64,000 nt of DNA from a virus (IMGVR_UViG_3300001525_000522:1-64000); one strand, 5' to 3'. Positions 38,804 through 48,502 are shown, counted from the first letter of the stretch. Notes: a model not told the origin generated them from the letters alone. Made by a program: numbers and translations.

Positions 38804-38842
38804 AAAAAGTAAACTAAGTCTTTTGATTTAGTTTACTTTTTT
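38804..38842 (+). terminator. Intrinsic terminator
   Basis: 17-bp stem AAAAAGTAAACTAAGTC/GATTTAGTTTACTTTTT, TTTT loop. Confidence 0.85.
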
Positions 38843-38849
38843 ATTTTGT

Positions 38850-38866
38850 CAATATTAAATTATTAA
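38850..38866 (+). promoter_or_regulatory. CAATATT.AAT motif before neck gene
   Basis: CAATATTAAATTATTAA. Confidence 0.45.
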
Positions 38867-38883
38867 AATAGGTGATAAAATAA

Positions 38884-39591
38884 ATGACATTACAGGCAGC
38901 AATAGAAGAGATAAAATTTAAGCTTGGTGCAGCTAAAGGATTAGGTGTGAAGTTAGAGCTTAATGATAAAGACCTCACTACATTAGTACAGGCCTCATTA
39001 AGAGAACTAACAACTTATATGGACACACCTAAATTTTCTACTGTGCCTTTTCAGCCTATAATAGATATTTCTAAACTTAAAATAGCGAGTGTTATAAATG
39101 TTATGAGGGCAGAACCACCTGCAGGCGTAATGCAAGGTGTATCTTTAGACCCATTTTACTTGTCTACAGTTACAGCTATTAAACCTGGAGATGGAAGTAC
39201 TGATGCTCATGGCATAATGCAAACACAGATTCAATATGCAGTAAGAGCTATGATGCAGAATACTGTACAAGAAGACCTTTCTTATATGACAGATTTATAT
39301 GAAAAGAAGCTTTTTGTTAGTTATTCCGGTATTCAGCCTACTGCCTTAACTATAATATATAAACCAATAATTGAAAGCATCGAGGATTTACCGAGTGATT
39401 ACTGGGTGACATTCCTGATTAGATTAGCTACAGCACATGGAAGAATTGTAATAGGAGAAATAAGAGCCAAATATAGTGTTCCAAATTCTCCTATGTCAGT
39501 TAATGGCCAAGAGATGTTATCACAAGGCCAGGCAGAATTAGGACAGGTTTTGGAGGAGCTCAGAGCAATGCGTTCTGCAGTATTTAGATAA
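38884..39591 (+). CDS. Head-tail adaptor / neck protein (T4 gp13-like)
   Basis: IKFKLG...ELNDKDL; IGEIRAKY...NGQEMLSQGQAEL..L.EEL C-terminus. Confidence 0.75.
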   Translation: MTLQAAIEEIKFKLGAAKGLGVKLELNDKDLTTLVQASLRELTTYMDTPKFSTVPFQPIIDISKLKIASVINVMRAEPPAGVMQGVSLDPFYLSTVTAIKPGDGSTDAHGIMQTQIQYAVRAMMQNTVQEDLSYMTDLYEKKLFVSYSGIQPTALTIIYKPIIESIEDLPSDYWVTFLIRLATAHGRIVIGEIRAKYSVPNSPMSVNGQEMLSQGQAELGQVLEELRAMRSAVFR

Positions 39592-40073
39592 TGGCATCAA
39601 TTACATGGGTTAAGAATTGGATTAGGACACATTCAAAAGAAATTGATGATGGACATTTAAAAGACCTCGTTAAAAATCTTAGTTCAAGGCTTAATAAGGC
39701 AGAGCTATTAGAGGTCTTACTCAAATTAAATATGGATTTAGGAAATGGTTTTCCTAATTTTAAAACTGACAAACTGGCTCTTATTAAATTTTTAGGATTG
39801 CTCTACTATAATTTTTCTAAGAAAATAGAAGAAGAACCCAGATGGTTGTCTATAATGATATATGACCGCACCTTTCCTAACAGTGTTGGAAATTTAAGAG
39901 AATATGCCCAACTTGCAAGAATGCTCGGATATGATTTATATTCAACTAATAGAGTATATTTTGGTAAATTTGATTTTTTAATTTGTAAAGACCATGCTCA
40001 ATTCAGAGAGTGGCTCTCTGAAAATTCTGCAGATTATAGCCTGTTAGATTTTGCTCCTTTAGGTGAATGGTGA
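39591..40073 (+). CDS. Hypothetical protein with family N-terminal motif
   Basis: WVKNWIRTHSKEIDDGHLKDL. Confidence 0.65.
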   Translation: MASITWVKNWIRTHSKEIDDGHLKDLVKNLSSRLNKAELLEVLLKLNMDLGNGFPNFKTDKLALIKFLGLLYYNFSKKIEEEPRWLSIMIYDRTFPNSVGNLREYAQLARMLGYDLYSTNRVYFGKFDFLICKDHAQFREWLSENSADYSLLDFAPLGEW

Positions 40074-40077
40074 TTAA

Positions 40078-40560
40078 ATGAATAGAGAATATTTAAAAAA
40101 ATTTATAGAAGCAAATGAATCTTTAATAAATCAAAAAAGATTTAAAGAATGTATTTTAAAATTACCTTCTTATCCAGATAAGGCAGCTTTTATAAATCTT
40201 CTCTCCAGCTCAGGAGAAGTATTAGATTCTAGGATAAATCTTAAACTATCTCAGGTAGTTGAAGCAGCCTATGAAATTGCTGAAAAAATGAAGGAAGCTT
40301 TTATCCATACTAAAGATATTCCTACGGCAGATGATGTACTAAAAGATTCTGATTTTCTTGGACCAGAAACTGCTAAGGAAATTGCAAAAGTTGCTCTTTT
40401 TATGGGAGTGCCGGTAATAAAATATTCCGGAGGAGATGATGACTTATATATCTTCTGTAGTTCACTCTCAGAAGCTGAGAATTACGTGAGCATGTGTTCT
40501 AAAGAGCCAATAGACGTTACTCAATTTAAACCAATACTTACAATTGGACAGGTAAACTAA
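40078..40560 (+). CDS. Hypothetical protein with family N-terminal motif
   Basis: YLKKFIEANESLINQKRFKE. Confidence 0.65.
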   Translation: MNREYLKKFIEANESLINQKRFKECILKLPSYPDKAAFINLLSSSGEVLDSRINLKLSQVVEAAYEIAEKMKEAFIHTKDIPTADDVLKDSDFLGPETAKEIAKVALFMGVPVIKYSGGDDDLYIFCSSLSEAENYVSMCSKEPIDVTQFKPILTIGQVN

Positions 40561-40561
40561 C

Positions 40562-42370
40562 ATGATAATAAATGCTTATCATGGAACAAGTTATGAAATT
40601 GAATATTTTGATTTAAATCATCTGGGCTCAGGTGAAGGCCAATCAGTTTTTGCAGGCATTTATTTTACCACTGATAAGAATAAAGCTCTTGATTATGCTA
40701 AATTAAGTTCACAAAAAACAGGAAATCCTCCTAGAGTATATGCTGCAGAATTAGAGTTGAATCATCCTTTATATGCCAGTAGAGGTAAAAAGTTTTTTGT
40801 AACAAAATCTGCCTACATAGCTTTTCTAAAAGAATTTTTTCCAGATTGGTTTGAATCAGATGGCACATTAAAAAGAGTAAAAAGAGATTATGCAGAAGAG
40901 AAATATTCCACCTATCAAGGTCAATGGAATATAATAAAATTCGCTGCGGATGAAAACAATCTCCCAATAACTGAATTAGAGGAATACCTGGGTTATGATA
41001 GTGCCGTAGATGGTACTGATATTGCTATTACTAATCCAAATAGTATTCTTTCTTTTGAGGAAATTATTGGTCCTGATGTTGAAAAAGGTAAGCCTTCTAA
41101 AGAGGAGGTTGCTTTAGAAACCATTCGTGATAGGTATATAATAGATTCTAAGCATGGAGAAGATTATAAGACCATGCCTGGAAACAGGTATAAAAGAAGA
41201 CTTAGAATAAGAACTGAGGGTGGAAATAGGGTTTGGTATGACATAGATGCAAATCTATTTTTTAATAAGGACCAATTCTTATTTCATATTCCTGTAATTG
41301 GAGAAACAGATGAATACGTGGTAGAAATTCTCATAGAAAATTGGCTACCAATACTTAGGTCAGACATTCAAAGAGACGGTTTTTCTGTAAAGGCATTTAA
41401 AAATTCTTTAGCAAAAGCTTTTAGAACTCTGAATATAAAATTACATTGCACTTGCGACGATTTCCGTTACAGATTTTCATTTTATTTTTCTTTGTTTGGA
41501 GATAATTCAGGTACTCCAGAGACTAGGCCACCTGATATAACTAATCCCAAGAATAATTTGGGTAGAGGTTGTAAACATATAAACTTTGTTTTGATGAATA
41601 CTATCTGGTTACCTAGAATAGCCAGAATTTTCTTTAACTATTGCTTTAATTTATATAAAACTAACAGACCTCTTTTTGAAAGAACCATCGCAAAGAAGCT
41701 AAATATCACAGATGATATGGTAGAAAATAGGCCATTGGAGAGGAGAAAACCTAAGCCTGTAGAAGTTTTACCTGAAGAAAGTGAGCAGGAAAATCAAATT
41801 CCTGCAGAAGATGCTGAAAAAACAGAAGAGCCCTCAAATAAACAAACAGTTGAAAAACCTGCAGGAGAGGCTTATTATTCTAATTATTATAAAAATGCTA
41901 AATCTTTTGACCAAGACCAGCAATTTATGATAGATTCTGCCAAATCAGATGGCATAGATGTTTTACCATATATCACTCCTCAGAATAGTCCTGAACAAAT
42001 ATGGGAAGTCACTCGTGACATCCAGAGTAAAGTAAATCCTAATATTATAAATATATTAAGTAATCCTGATTTAAGTCTCCAAGAACATCAAATTTTAAGA
42101 GAATCATACAATAAAGGAATTAACTTATTTGATTACATTGGTCAGAGTCCTGATATATTAAAACAGCTTTATTTAGGAGCTAAACAAGGAATACCTCCTG
42201 AAGACCTTTTAATTAAAGGAAAGAATTATAGACAATTAGAACAGTTGAGGAATATTTATAAATTAGATAAAGTATTATTTAATAAGATTAAAAATCTTGA
42301 TTTAAACTATGAGCAATTGAAAGCATTAATAAGGCAATTTAAGGAGACTGGCAATGTTAACCTTTCCTGA
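40562..42370 (+). CDS. ADP-ribosyltransferase-like (ART-PolyVal type) domain fused to SWIM Zn-finger and C-terminal helical repeats
   Basis: YHGT..FD...GSGEG..F.GIYFT....A..YA; CTCDDF...GCKH; F..DQ...I...G.DV repeats. Confidence 0.7.
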   Translation: MIINAYHGTSYEIEYFDLNHLGSGEGQSVFAGIYFTTDKNKALDYAKLSSQKTGNPPRVYAAELELNHPLYASRGKKFFVTKSAYIAFLKEFFPDWFESDGTLKRVKRDYAEEKYSTYQGQWNIIKFAADENNLPITELEEYLGYDSAVDGTDIAITNPNSILSFEEIIGPDVEKGKPSKEEVALETIRDRYIIDSKHGEDYKTMPGNRYKRRLRIRTEGGNRVWYDIDANLFFNKDQFLFHIPVIGETDEYVVEILIENWLPILRSDIQRDGFSVKAFKNSLAKAFRTLNIKLHCTCDDFRYRFSFYFSLFGDNSGTPETRPPDITNPKNNLGRGCKHINFVLMNTIWLPRIARIFFNYCFNLYKTNRPLFERTIAKKLNITDDMVENRPLERRKPKPVEVLPEESEQENQIPAEDAEKTEEPSNKQTVEKPAGEAYYSNYYKNAKSFDQDQQFMIDSAKSDGIDVLPYITPQNSPEQIWEVTRDIQSKVNPNIINILSNPDLSLQEHQILRESYNKGINLFDYIGQSPDILKQLYLGAKQGIPPEDLLIKGKNYRQLEQLRNIYKLDKVLFNKIKNLDLNYEQLKALIRQFKETGNVNLS

Positions 42371-42725
42371 AATCAAAGATGACTTAATATTATATATAAA
42401 TGAGAATAAGGAAGTCATAGATACTGCGAATTTGGATGAAATTTTAGATGATATAGACAGAAATATTAATTTTCATTTTACAATAGATGAAGAAAACTTG
42501 GTAGCATTATTTACGATTGCACTTTTATCACCTACAATATCTTTTGAACTTGTGGAATTGAAAAATAGCTATTTAGTTGTTTATGAAACGAATTCAGGTT
42601 ATAAATTTTTAGGAATGTCATGGAGACCAGATAATTGGAAAAACTTTAAAAATTTTATAAGAACTCTCAGATTTCCTAGAAATATTGAAGAAAAATTATT
42701 AAAGGCAGATATAAATTTTAATTAA
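42354..42725 (+). CDS. Hypothetical protein with family N-terminal motif
   Basis: LILYINENKEVIDTANLDE; SD aggag. Confidence 0.6.
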   Translation: MLTFPEIKDDLILYINENKEVIDTANLDEILDDIDRNINFHFTIDEENLVALFTIALLSPTISFELVELKNSYLVVYETNSGYKFLGMSWRPDNWKNFKNFIRTLRFPRNIEEKLLKADINFN

Positions 42726-42728
42726 ACT

Positions 42729-43109
42729 ATGAAAGTATTAGATAAAACTCCAGATATGCAGGAATTGATGACTGCGGCTATACAAGAAGGCGTTACCAGC
42801 AAAGACTTATTTTATAATGGTGATGCATATTATAATTCTTTTGCATTCTTTGATAAGATATTAGAAGGCAAGGATGATAATTATAAGAGGCAAACTATTG
42901 ATAGGATTTTTAATAACAGGCCTGGAGATAAATTTTATGATATATTGGTAAATTTTCTTAAGAAGAAAAAGAGCTATCCAAAATTAGAGCCTGCTTCTAT
43001 TCAAAGAGAAAGATTAGGCCCTTGGAAACCAATAGATGGCAGACATAGAGCAGCCTTTTGTGCAATTTTAGGAATTGCCTTGATGCCCGTAAAAGATATA
43101 ATAGATTAG
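42729..43109 (+). CDS. Short ParB/Srx-like domain protein
   Basis: IDGRHRAAFCAILGI motif. Confidence 0.6.
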   Translation: MKVLDKTPDMQELMTAAIQEGVTSKDLFYNGDAYYNSFAFFDKILEGKDDNYKRQTIDRIFNNRPGDKFYDILVNFLKKKKSYPKLEPASIQRERLGPWKPIDGRHRAAFCAILGIALMPVKDIID

Positions 43110-43122
43110 AGTTAAAAAAAAA

Positions 43123-43542
43123 ATGAGAACATTTAAACAAACACTGCCTACATTAAAAAAATTTATTGAGAATAATGCAGAAATAATAAATATAATTCCT
43201 ACAGAAACTGGAATAAATGATTTAACCGATATTCTTAGTGAACTCCAGTTTACTCTTATAGACCTCGAAGAATCCAATATCATAGCATTTTATCTTATAG
43301 CTTATTTTGCAAATGGGCCATTAAAATGGGTGAATTTTTCAGATATGTTTGAGCTAGAAAAAGAAGGCACATTTGAAGTTTATATCTATGATAAGGCTAC
43401 CAAAGCAAATGGATGGAATGGTGAATTTAGGAATACCGATATTAGGTACCCAGACCAGCTTTATGATGGCACTTGGATTAAAGAGATTCATTACCCATCT
43501 TCCATTGAAAGAGTTTTATTAGCTGCAGAGAGGGTTTCATAA
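43123..43542 (+). CDS. Hypothetical protein with family N-terminal motif, paralog of 42354
   Basis: MRTFKQTLPTLKKFIENNAEIIN...EESNIIAFY; both end ..P..IE..LL.A. Confidence 0.6.
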   Translation: MRTFKQTLPTLKKFIENNAEIINIIPTETGINDLTDILSELQFTLIDLEESNIIAFYLIAYFANGPLKWVNFSDMFELEKEGTFEVYIYDKATKANGWNGEFRNTDIRYPDQLYDGTWIKEIHYPSSIERVLLAAERVS

Positions 43543-43552
43543 GGAGAGCAGT

Positions 43553-44026
43553 ATGGCAAAATCAATTATACAGGATGATGCTAGAATATTTAAATTTTAT
43601 GCTAAAGAAGCATTGGAGATGTATGGCATACCGAGTGAATATTACCAATGCAAACCTGGAAGAACTTTTACTACTTTAGGTGAATTAAAAGCCTGCTATT
43701 ATGACCCTGTAAGAACTAAGGTGATTTTTGACCAAGCACCTCAGGTAAGAACACTCAAAAAATTAGGTTGGGTAACAGAACTAGATGCTCAGCAACCTAT
43801 AGTGCATGTAATGTTCGACCTTCCTGGATTAGAAGTAGGTTGTTTATTTAATATTAAGGACCCATTAACCATAGATTCTGGCAGAATGTTCAGAATAACT
43901 AAGATGTCTACTGGAATATTATATCCTGCTACAGTAACATGCCAGATAGTTGCCATTATGGGTGACGAAATAGAAGAAACGACTAATCCTTATGATGGTT
44001 CAGAATCAATTTTCTTGAACAAATAA
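43553..44026 (+). CDS. Neck / head-closure protein (T4 gp14-like)
   Basis: EALEMYGI...Y; TLKKLGWVTEL; position in module. Confidence 0.6.
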   Translation: MAKSIIQDDARIFKFYAKEALEMYGIPSEYYQCKPGRTFTTLGELKACYYDPVRTKVIFDQAPQVRTLKKLGWVTELDAQQPIVHVMFDLPGLEVGCLFNIKDPLTIDSGRMFRITKMSTGILYPATVTCQIVAIMGDEIEETTNPYDGSESIFLNK

Positions 44027-44036
44027 TGGAGGTAAT

Positions 44037-44894
44037 ATGATAAAAATTTCTAAATCTGCAACAGAAGCTCCTGCGCCTAGATTAGCTGCTCCATTGGCAA
44101 GTATGTCTAGAGTATGGAGAGGCGTTAAGCAGGTTGCTAAAGATTTTGGAGATACCTACAAATCTGCTAAAGCTAAATCTAAGAAAGAACTGGAAGAACA
44201 GAGAAGTTATATATCTGACAGAGATTTTAAGCCTAAAAAATTTAATATAGAAAATAAGAATAATGACCAACTCAATTCTGAAATTAGCAATTATTTTGGA
44301 GAAGACAGAATTGATTTTATAAAAAAGGTATTAAGAAAAGATAAAGATACTTTAAGTGCAGAAGCTTTAATAGAAGCTGCTGATAAATTATCTAATTTAG
44401 AAAAACCTTTTACGTCTGCTTTATATAAAACATTGGAACTACTCCAATCTAAAAATAAGGAAATCAGTGAAATAGCTGTAAAGCTAATTGAAAGAGCTCC
44501 TGAGGATTTTTTAGATATTTTTTCTAGCAGAGGAACCGCAGGATTATTTGATAAAAATGATTTTCAAATAAAGGCAATAAGTTATTTTAATAATCATGAC
44601 GGAGATTTCAAAAAACTTCGTAATCCATCTAATTCAGCATGGCTTCCAGCAGATAAGATGAAAAAGTCTATCGCAAATCTTTCTAAAGAAGAACAACAGA
44701 AAATGAAATCAAGAAGGATTTCTAAAAGAGAAAATCTCTCAAAAGAACTTCTTAAAAATATTAAAGACTATATAAAAAGAAATCCTAATAATGCCTTTGT
44801 CAAAATGGTCCAAGAGGAAAACTATACAGATGAACAATTGCTAGAGGCCAGAGACTTTTTTGAATCTCTTATAAAGGAGGAATCTAATGCTTAA
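44037..44894 (+). CDS. Hypothetical basic protein with MIKISKSATE-A N-terminus
   Basis: 285 aa, SD ggagg. Confidence 0.65.
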   Translation: MIKISKSATEAPAPRLAAPLASMSRVWRGVKQVAKDFGDTYKSAKAKSKKELEEQRSYISDRDFKPKKFNIENKNNDQLNSEISNYFGEDRIDFIKKVLRKDKDTLSAEALIEAADKLSNLEKPFTSALYKTLELLQSKNKEISEIAVKLIERAPEDFLDIFSSRGTAGLFDKNDFQIKAISYFNNHDGDFKKLRNPSNSAWLPADKMKKSIANLSKEEQQKMKSRRISKRENLSKELLKNIKDYIKRNPNNAFVKMVQEENYTDEQLLEARDFFESLIKEESNA

Positions 44895-45531
44895 CTGTTA
44901 TGATAAAGCCTTAAAAAATCATGTAGAGTCCTTTTTAAAAGTAGGCAAAAGAAAGATAAAAGTTTATGGTCTTCAAAATGAAGATTCTGAGGAAGATTTA
45001 GGTTTTACTCAGGCAGGTTTAAAAACGGATTCATTGACTTTTCCAATGGTAATGCTTATAAGATTGCCTGAAATAGAAATCACTGACAATGCAATGACTA
45101 AGAGACCTGCAAACTATGAAGGTTATTTAGCTATAGATGATTCTTCTAAGGTTTCTCTCAATGTAATGAGATGCTCCTTGCATTATGTTTTAGATGTTGT
45201 TGCTGAAAATAGAAAAACCACTGAAGATATTGGAACACAGCTTTATTTCAGACTCAGGAATCATCCTAATTTCAGCGTAAGCATCTCTCTTCCTGTAAAA
45301 GATTCTGAAGGAAATATTCTTACCACTGAATGCACACCTAACTTGGTGCTTTCCAATTCCTTAACGCATGTGCGCTCAAATAACAATGAATTAGCACAGT
45401 TATATAGGCTGAGAATTAGCTTTGATTTAGAAAATGTAAATATCTTTGATTTTGAAAATCAGACAAGTTATGATATTGACTATAAGATTTTAGCAAGCTT
45501 AAAAGAACTGGTAAACTTTAAAGAAATTTGA
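44887..45531 (+). CDS. Tail terminator / completion protein (T4 gp15-like)
   Basis: Immediately before sheath; LTFPMVMLIR; beta-rich. Confidence 0.55.
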   Translation: MLNCYDKALKNHVESFLKVGKRKIKVYGLQNEDSEEDLGFTQAGLKTDSLTFPMVMLIRLPEIEITDNAMTKRPANYEGYLAIDDSSKVSLNVMRCSLHYVLDVVAENRKTTEDIGTQLYFRLRNHPNFSVSISLPVKDSEGNILTTECTPNLVLSNSLTHVRSNNNELAQLYRLRISFDLENVNIFDFENQTSYDIDYKILASLKELVNFKEI

Positions 45532-45546
45532 GAATTCTCAATTTCG

Positions 45547-45563
45547 CAATATTAAAATATAAT
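45547..45563 (+). promoter_or_regulatory. CAATATT.AA motif before sheath gene
   Basis: CAATATTAAAATATAAT. Confidence 0.45.
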
Positions 45564-45583
45564 AATGTGAGGTAAATTAACAT

Positions 45584-47200
45584 ATGTCATGGGTAAATAT
45601 TTATGAACAGCCTATAATGCCTAATGTAGATTTAGAAGAAGATACGGTGGTATATGTTCCTGGATATGCTATAAAAGGCCCTAGCGAGCCGACTTTGGTA
45701 AATTCAACTAACTTTGAGAGAGTTTTTGGAGAAACTCCATATACTATTCCAGCAGGAATAGGCACAGCTTCTATTGCTAAAAATAAAATTCCTGATGGAG
45801 GAAGAGAAAAATCTTGGTTATATGCTAAAGGTCTTGTAGATGCGGGTCTCACTGTTCTTTATCATAGATATATTGGAGCAAATGCTGCAAAAGCTAATAA
45901 GACTGATGCTTTTAAAATTGATTCTTCTGTAAGTGGAATATTAGATACAGGAATTTCTATAAATGTAAGAGCTAAATATGCAGGTGCTTATTATAATGGA
46001 TTAGTGGTTAATTCAGAAAAAGTAAACAATGGTGTTTCTAAAATTACTGTAAAAAATGATTCTGAGACCTTAGAAACTGCATATATTTCATTTGATGCTA
46101 ATGCATTGAATTATTTAGCTAATACAGAATTTAGTTATATTGAAATTTTTGGAACATCTAATGATACCACTTTATCTATTTCTCAGCTCTGTGATTTAAT
46201 TTCAGCTAAATTAACAACTCCTGCGGCTATTAGAAGTACTTATATAACTAATAAAACTACTGCAGTTACTTTAGATGCCGGAACAGATGATTTCTCCGTT
46301 TCTGATTTTGAAGATGCATTAGTAGGTAAAAATAGCCAAGGATATGGTGCAGAAGCATTATGCGAAATACTTAAGGATAGCGAAAGATACCCTGTAAGCT
46401 ATATAACTACTGGAGGATATTTTGTAGATTATGAAAATTTGAAACCTAACAAAATATTTGATGTAGCTTCTGAAGTAAAAGCTTGTTATACTGCAGATTT
46501 TGCAAATGAATTAACTTATGCTGGATTAGATAATTATAAACAAGGTATTGAAGGATTGAACTTAGATGACTATCTCAAATATAGTTATGGATTCCAAGTT
46601 GTTGGAGCAGATACCTTTAGTTCAAATAATTCCAGAGTCATTCTTCCAGATTCATTTGGTTATTTAGTAAGACTTGGATTAAATATAAAAGCTGGTTTGC
46701 CTAATTATACTCCTGTAGCTAATAATTCTCAAGGATTGGTTGCAAATGCAATAAATTCTACTAGACCTATAGATTTCAAACTCGAACAAGGAATGATTAC
46801 CTCTGAAGGTGTTTCCATAAATCCTGTGATTACTAAGAAAAATGTAGGTTACGTTATTATGGGTAATAGAACACTTTATCCTAATAACGGTGAACTTGGC
46901 CCGCAGTCTTTTTTGAATTGCAGAGTGGTGGTAAATATGGTTGAGAGGTCTGCCAGAAAAGCTGCAAATAAACTTAGAATTGTTTCTACTAATCCTGATA
47001 CTGCTTTCAAGAATTTCAGAAATATGGTAGAAAAAACATGTGATAAACTCTTAACAAATGGAGATGGTTTAGCAGAATATTCTATTTCTAAATTGCCCAA
47101 AACTAAACCTGCTACTATAGAAATTCAAATAAAACTTACCGTAGTTGAAGGAATTGAAACTTTCAATATCTATATACCGTATTCAATAGCATTAGATTAA
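45584..47200 (+). CDS. Contractile tail sheath protein
   Basis: VYVPGYAIKGP; RAKYAG; INPVI...GYVIMGNRTL...LNCRVVVN sheath C-terminus. Confidence 0.9.
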   Translation: MSWVNIYEQPIMPNVDLEEDTVVYVPGYAIKGPSEPTLVNSTNFERVFGETPYTIPAGIGTASIAKNKIPDGGREKSWLYAKGLVDAGLTVLYHRYIGANAAKANKTDAFKIDSSVSGILDTGISINVRAKYAGAYYNGLVVNSEKVNNGVSKITVKNDSETLETAYISFDANALNYLANTEFSYIEIFGTSNDTTLSISQLCDLISAKLTTPAAIRSTYITNKTTAVTLDAGTDDFSVSDFEDALVGKNSQGYGAEALCEILKDSERYPVSYITTGGYFVDYENLKPNKIFDVASEVKACYTADFANELTYAGLDNYKQGIEGLNLDDYLKYSYGFQVVGADTFSSNNSRVILPDSFGYLVRLGLNIKAGLPNYTPVANNSQGLVANAINSTRPIDFKLEQGMITSEGVSINPVITKKNVGYVIMGNRTLYPNNGELGPQSFLNCRVVVNMVERSARKAANKLRIVSTNPDTAFKNFRNMVEKTCDKLLTNGDGLAEYSISKLPKTKPATIEIQIKLTVVEGIETFNIYIPYSIALD

Positions 47201-47236
47201 CAATTATAAATATAATATATAAAGAGGAATTTTAGA

Positions 47237-48502
47237 ATGGACGTTAATAAAATTTTAGAGATGCTTGAGAGAGAGGACAAACCTTTTAAGCCTCAAAAAA
47301 GAGAACAGGTTGCTAAAGAATCTTTAGTAAGTGCTTGTAATGGTGATTATGATGCTATAAACAGACTCTTAGAAGAAGATATTTCTATAGATGAAAGAGC
47401 ATATAATAAGGTGCCTGTAATCAATAGACCTTTGAAAAAGAAAAGCTCTACTGAATCATGCAATCCTAAAGATTTTCCTAAGAAAGTTGCAAAAGAATGT
47501 GATGCAGTAGCAATAGGAGTAGAAAATCTTATTCCTTCTCCTGTAATAAAAAGAGCTGATGAAGCGGTAGATAAAGCTATCCATTACCGTGGTGTACTTA
47601 TTGAAAAAGTTCCTGAAGCAGAAAAACCTTGGACAATTGATGGTTTAGGTGAAACATACGAAACTTTGGAAGATGCCATTGCGGGAGTAGATTATTGGAT
47701 AGATTCTGAAGGTATGGATTTTTCTAAGAATGCATCAGAAGCCGCTGGAGAACCACTCTCTACAAAACTTCTCAGAGAACTCGATAAAGATGCTGCTTTT
47801 GCAGGAGAATCTACTACTGAAAAAAGTCCTATGAAAGGCACTACAGATGATATAGTAAAAAATAAACCTATAGATTTTAAATCTAAGAATAATGGTTTTG
47901 AAACTTCTGAGTCTAAAGAAACTGGAAAAGCTGTTGCAATGACAGAACAGCAGACTATAAAGGCTGCTGGAGAAGAATTGATTTCTACAAAAGATGGTTC
48001 TATTTTTCCTGAAGACATTGAATTTGATGAACAGGCCTTTGCAGAATTGTATGATTTGAATCCTGATGATGTAAGTGCCATGTATGTAGAGGAAGATAAT
48101 AATATTCCTGAGCATATAGAAATAAGATTTAAGGAAGGAGATAATGAAACGCTCCTCATGCTTATGGATGATGGTTCACTTATAGAAGAAGTAAATGCTG
48201 AAATAGTTGAAGAACCTAGATTTAGTGCTTCAATAGAACAGGATGAGAATGGAAACTTTATACTGCTCGTATCTGATGCAGTTGAATCTGAAGATGTTAC
48301 CAAATCAGAAGAAGATGGTATAAATAAATCTGAAGGTGAGACGGATAGCCTCGATGAAGATGGTAAAGGTCGTACAGATGAATTTGTTGAAGGCGCAGGA
48401 TTAGACCTTGACTCTGAATATGCAGATACCCATGGTATTAAACCTGCTAAAGATGCTACAACTAAAATCAAAGATCCTACCCAGTTACCTGTAAATAAAT
48501 AA
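47237..48502 (+). CDS. Highly acidic hypothetical protein (candidate internal head protein)
   Basis: 421 aa, Glu/Asp-rich, repeated A.E-S motifs; own SD and CAAT motif. Confidence 0.7.
   Translation: MDVNKILEMLEREDKPFKPQKREQVAKESLVSACNGDYDAINRLLEEDISIDERAYNKVPVINRPLKKKSSTESCNPKDFPKKVAKECDAVAIGVENLIPSPVIKRADEAVDKAIHYRGVLIEKVPEAEKPWTIDGLGETYETLEDAIAGVDYWIDSEGMDFSKNASEAAGEPLSTKLLRELDKDAAFAGESTTEKSPMKGTTDDIVKNKPIDFKSKNNGFETSESKETGKAVAMTEQQTIKAAGEELISTKDGSIFPEDIEFDEQAFAELYDLNPDDVSAMYVEEDNNIPEHIEIRFKEGDNETLLMLMDDGSLIEEVNAEIVEEPRFSASIEQDENGNFILLVSDAVESEDVTKSEEDGINKSEGETDSLDEDGKGRTDEFVEGAGLDLDSEYADTHGIKPAKDATTKIKDPTQLPVNK

Noticed and set aside
47692-48471. 259-aa minus-strand ORF
   Set aside because: Ser-rich antisense shadow of Glu/Asp codons in 47237; no SD
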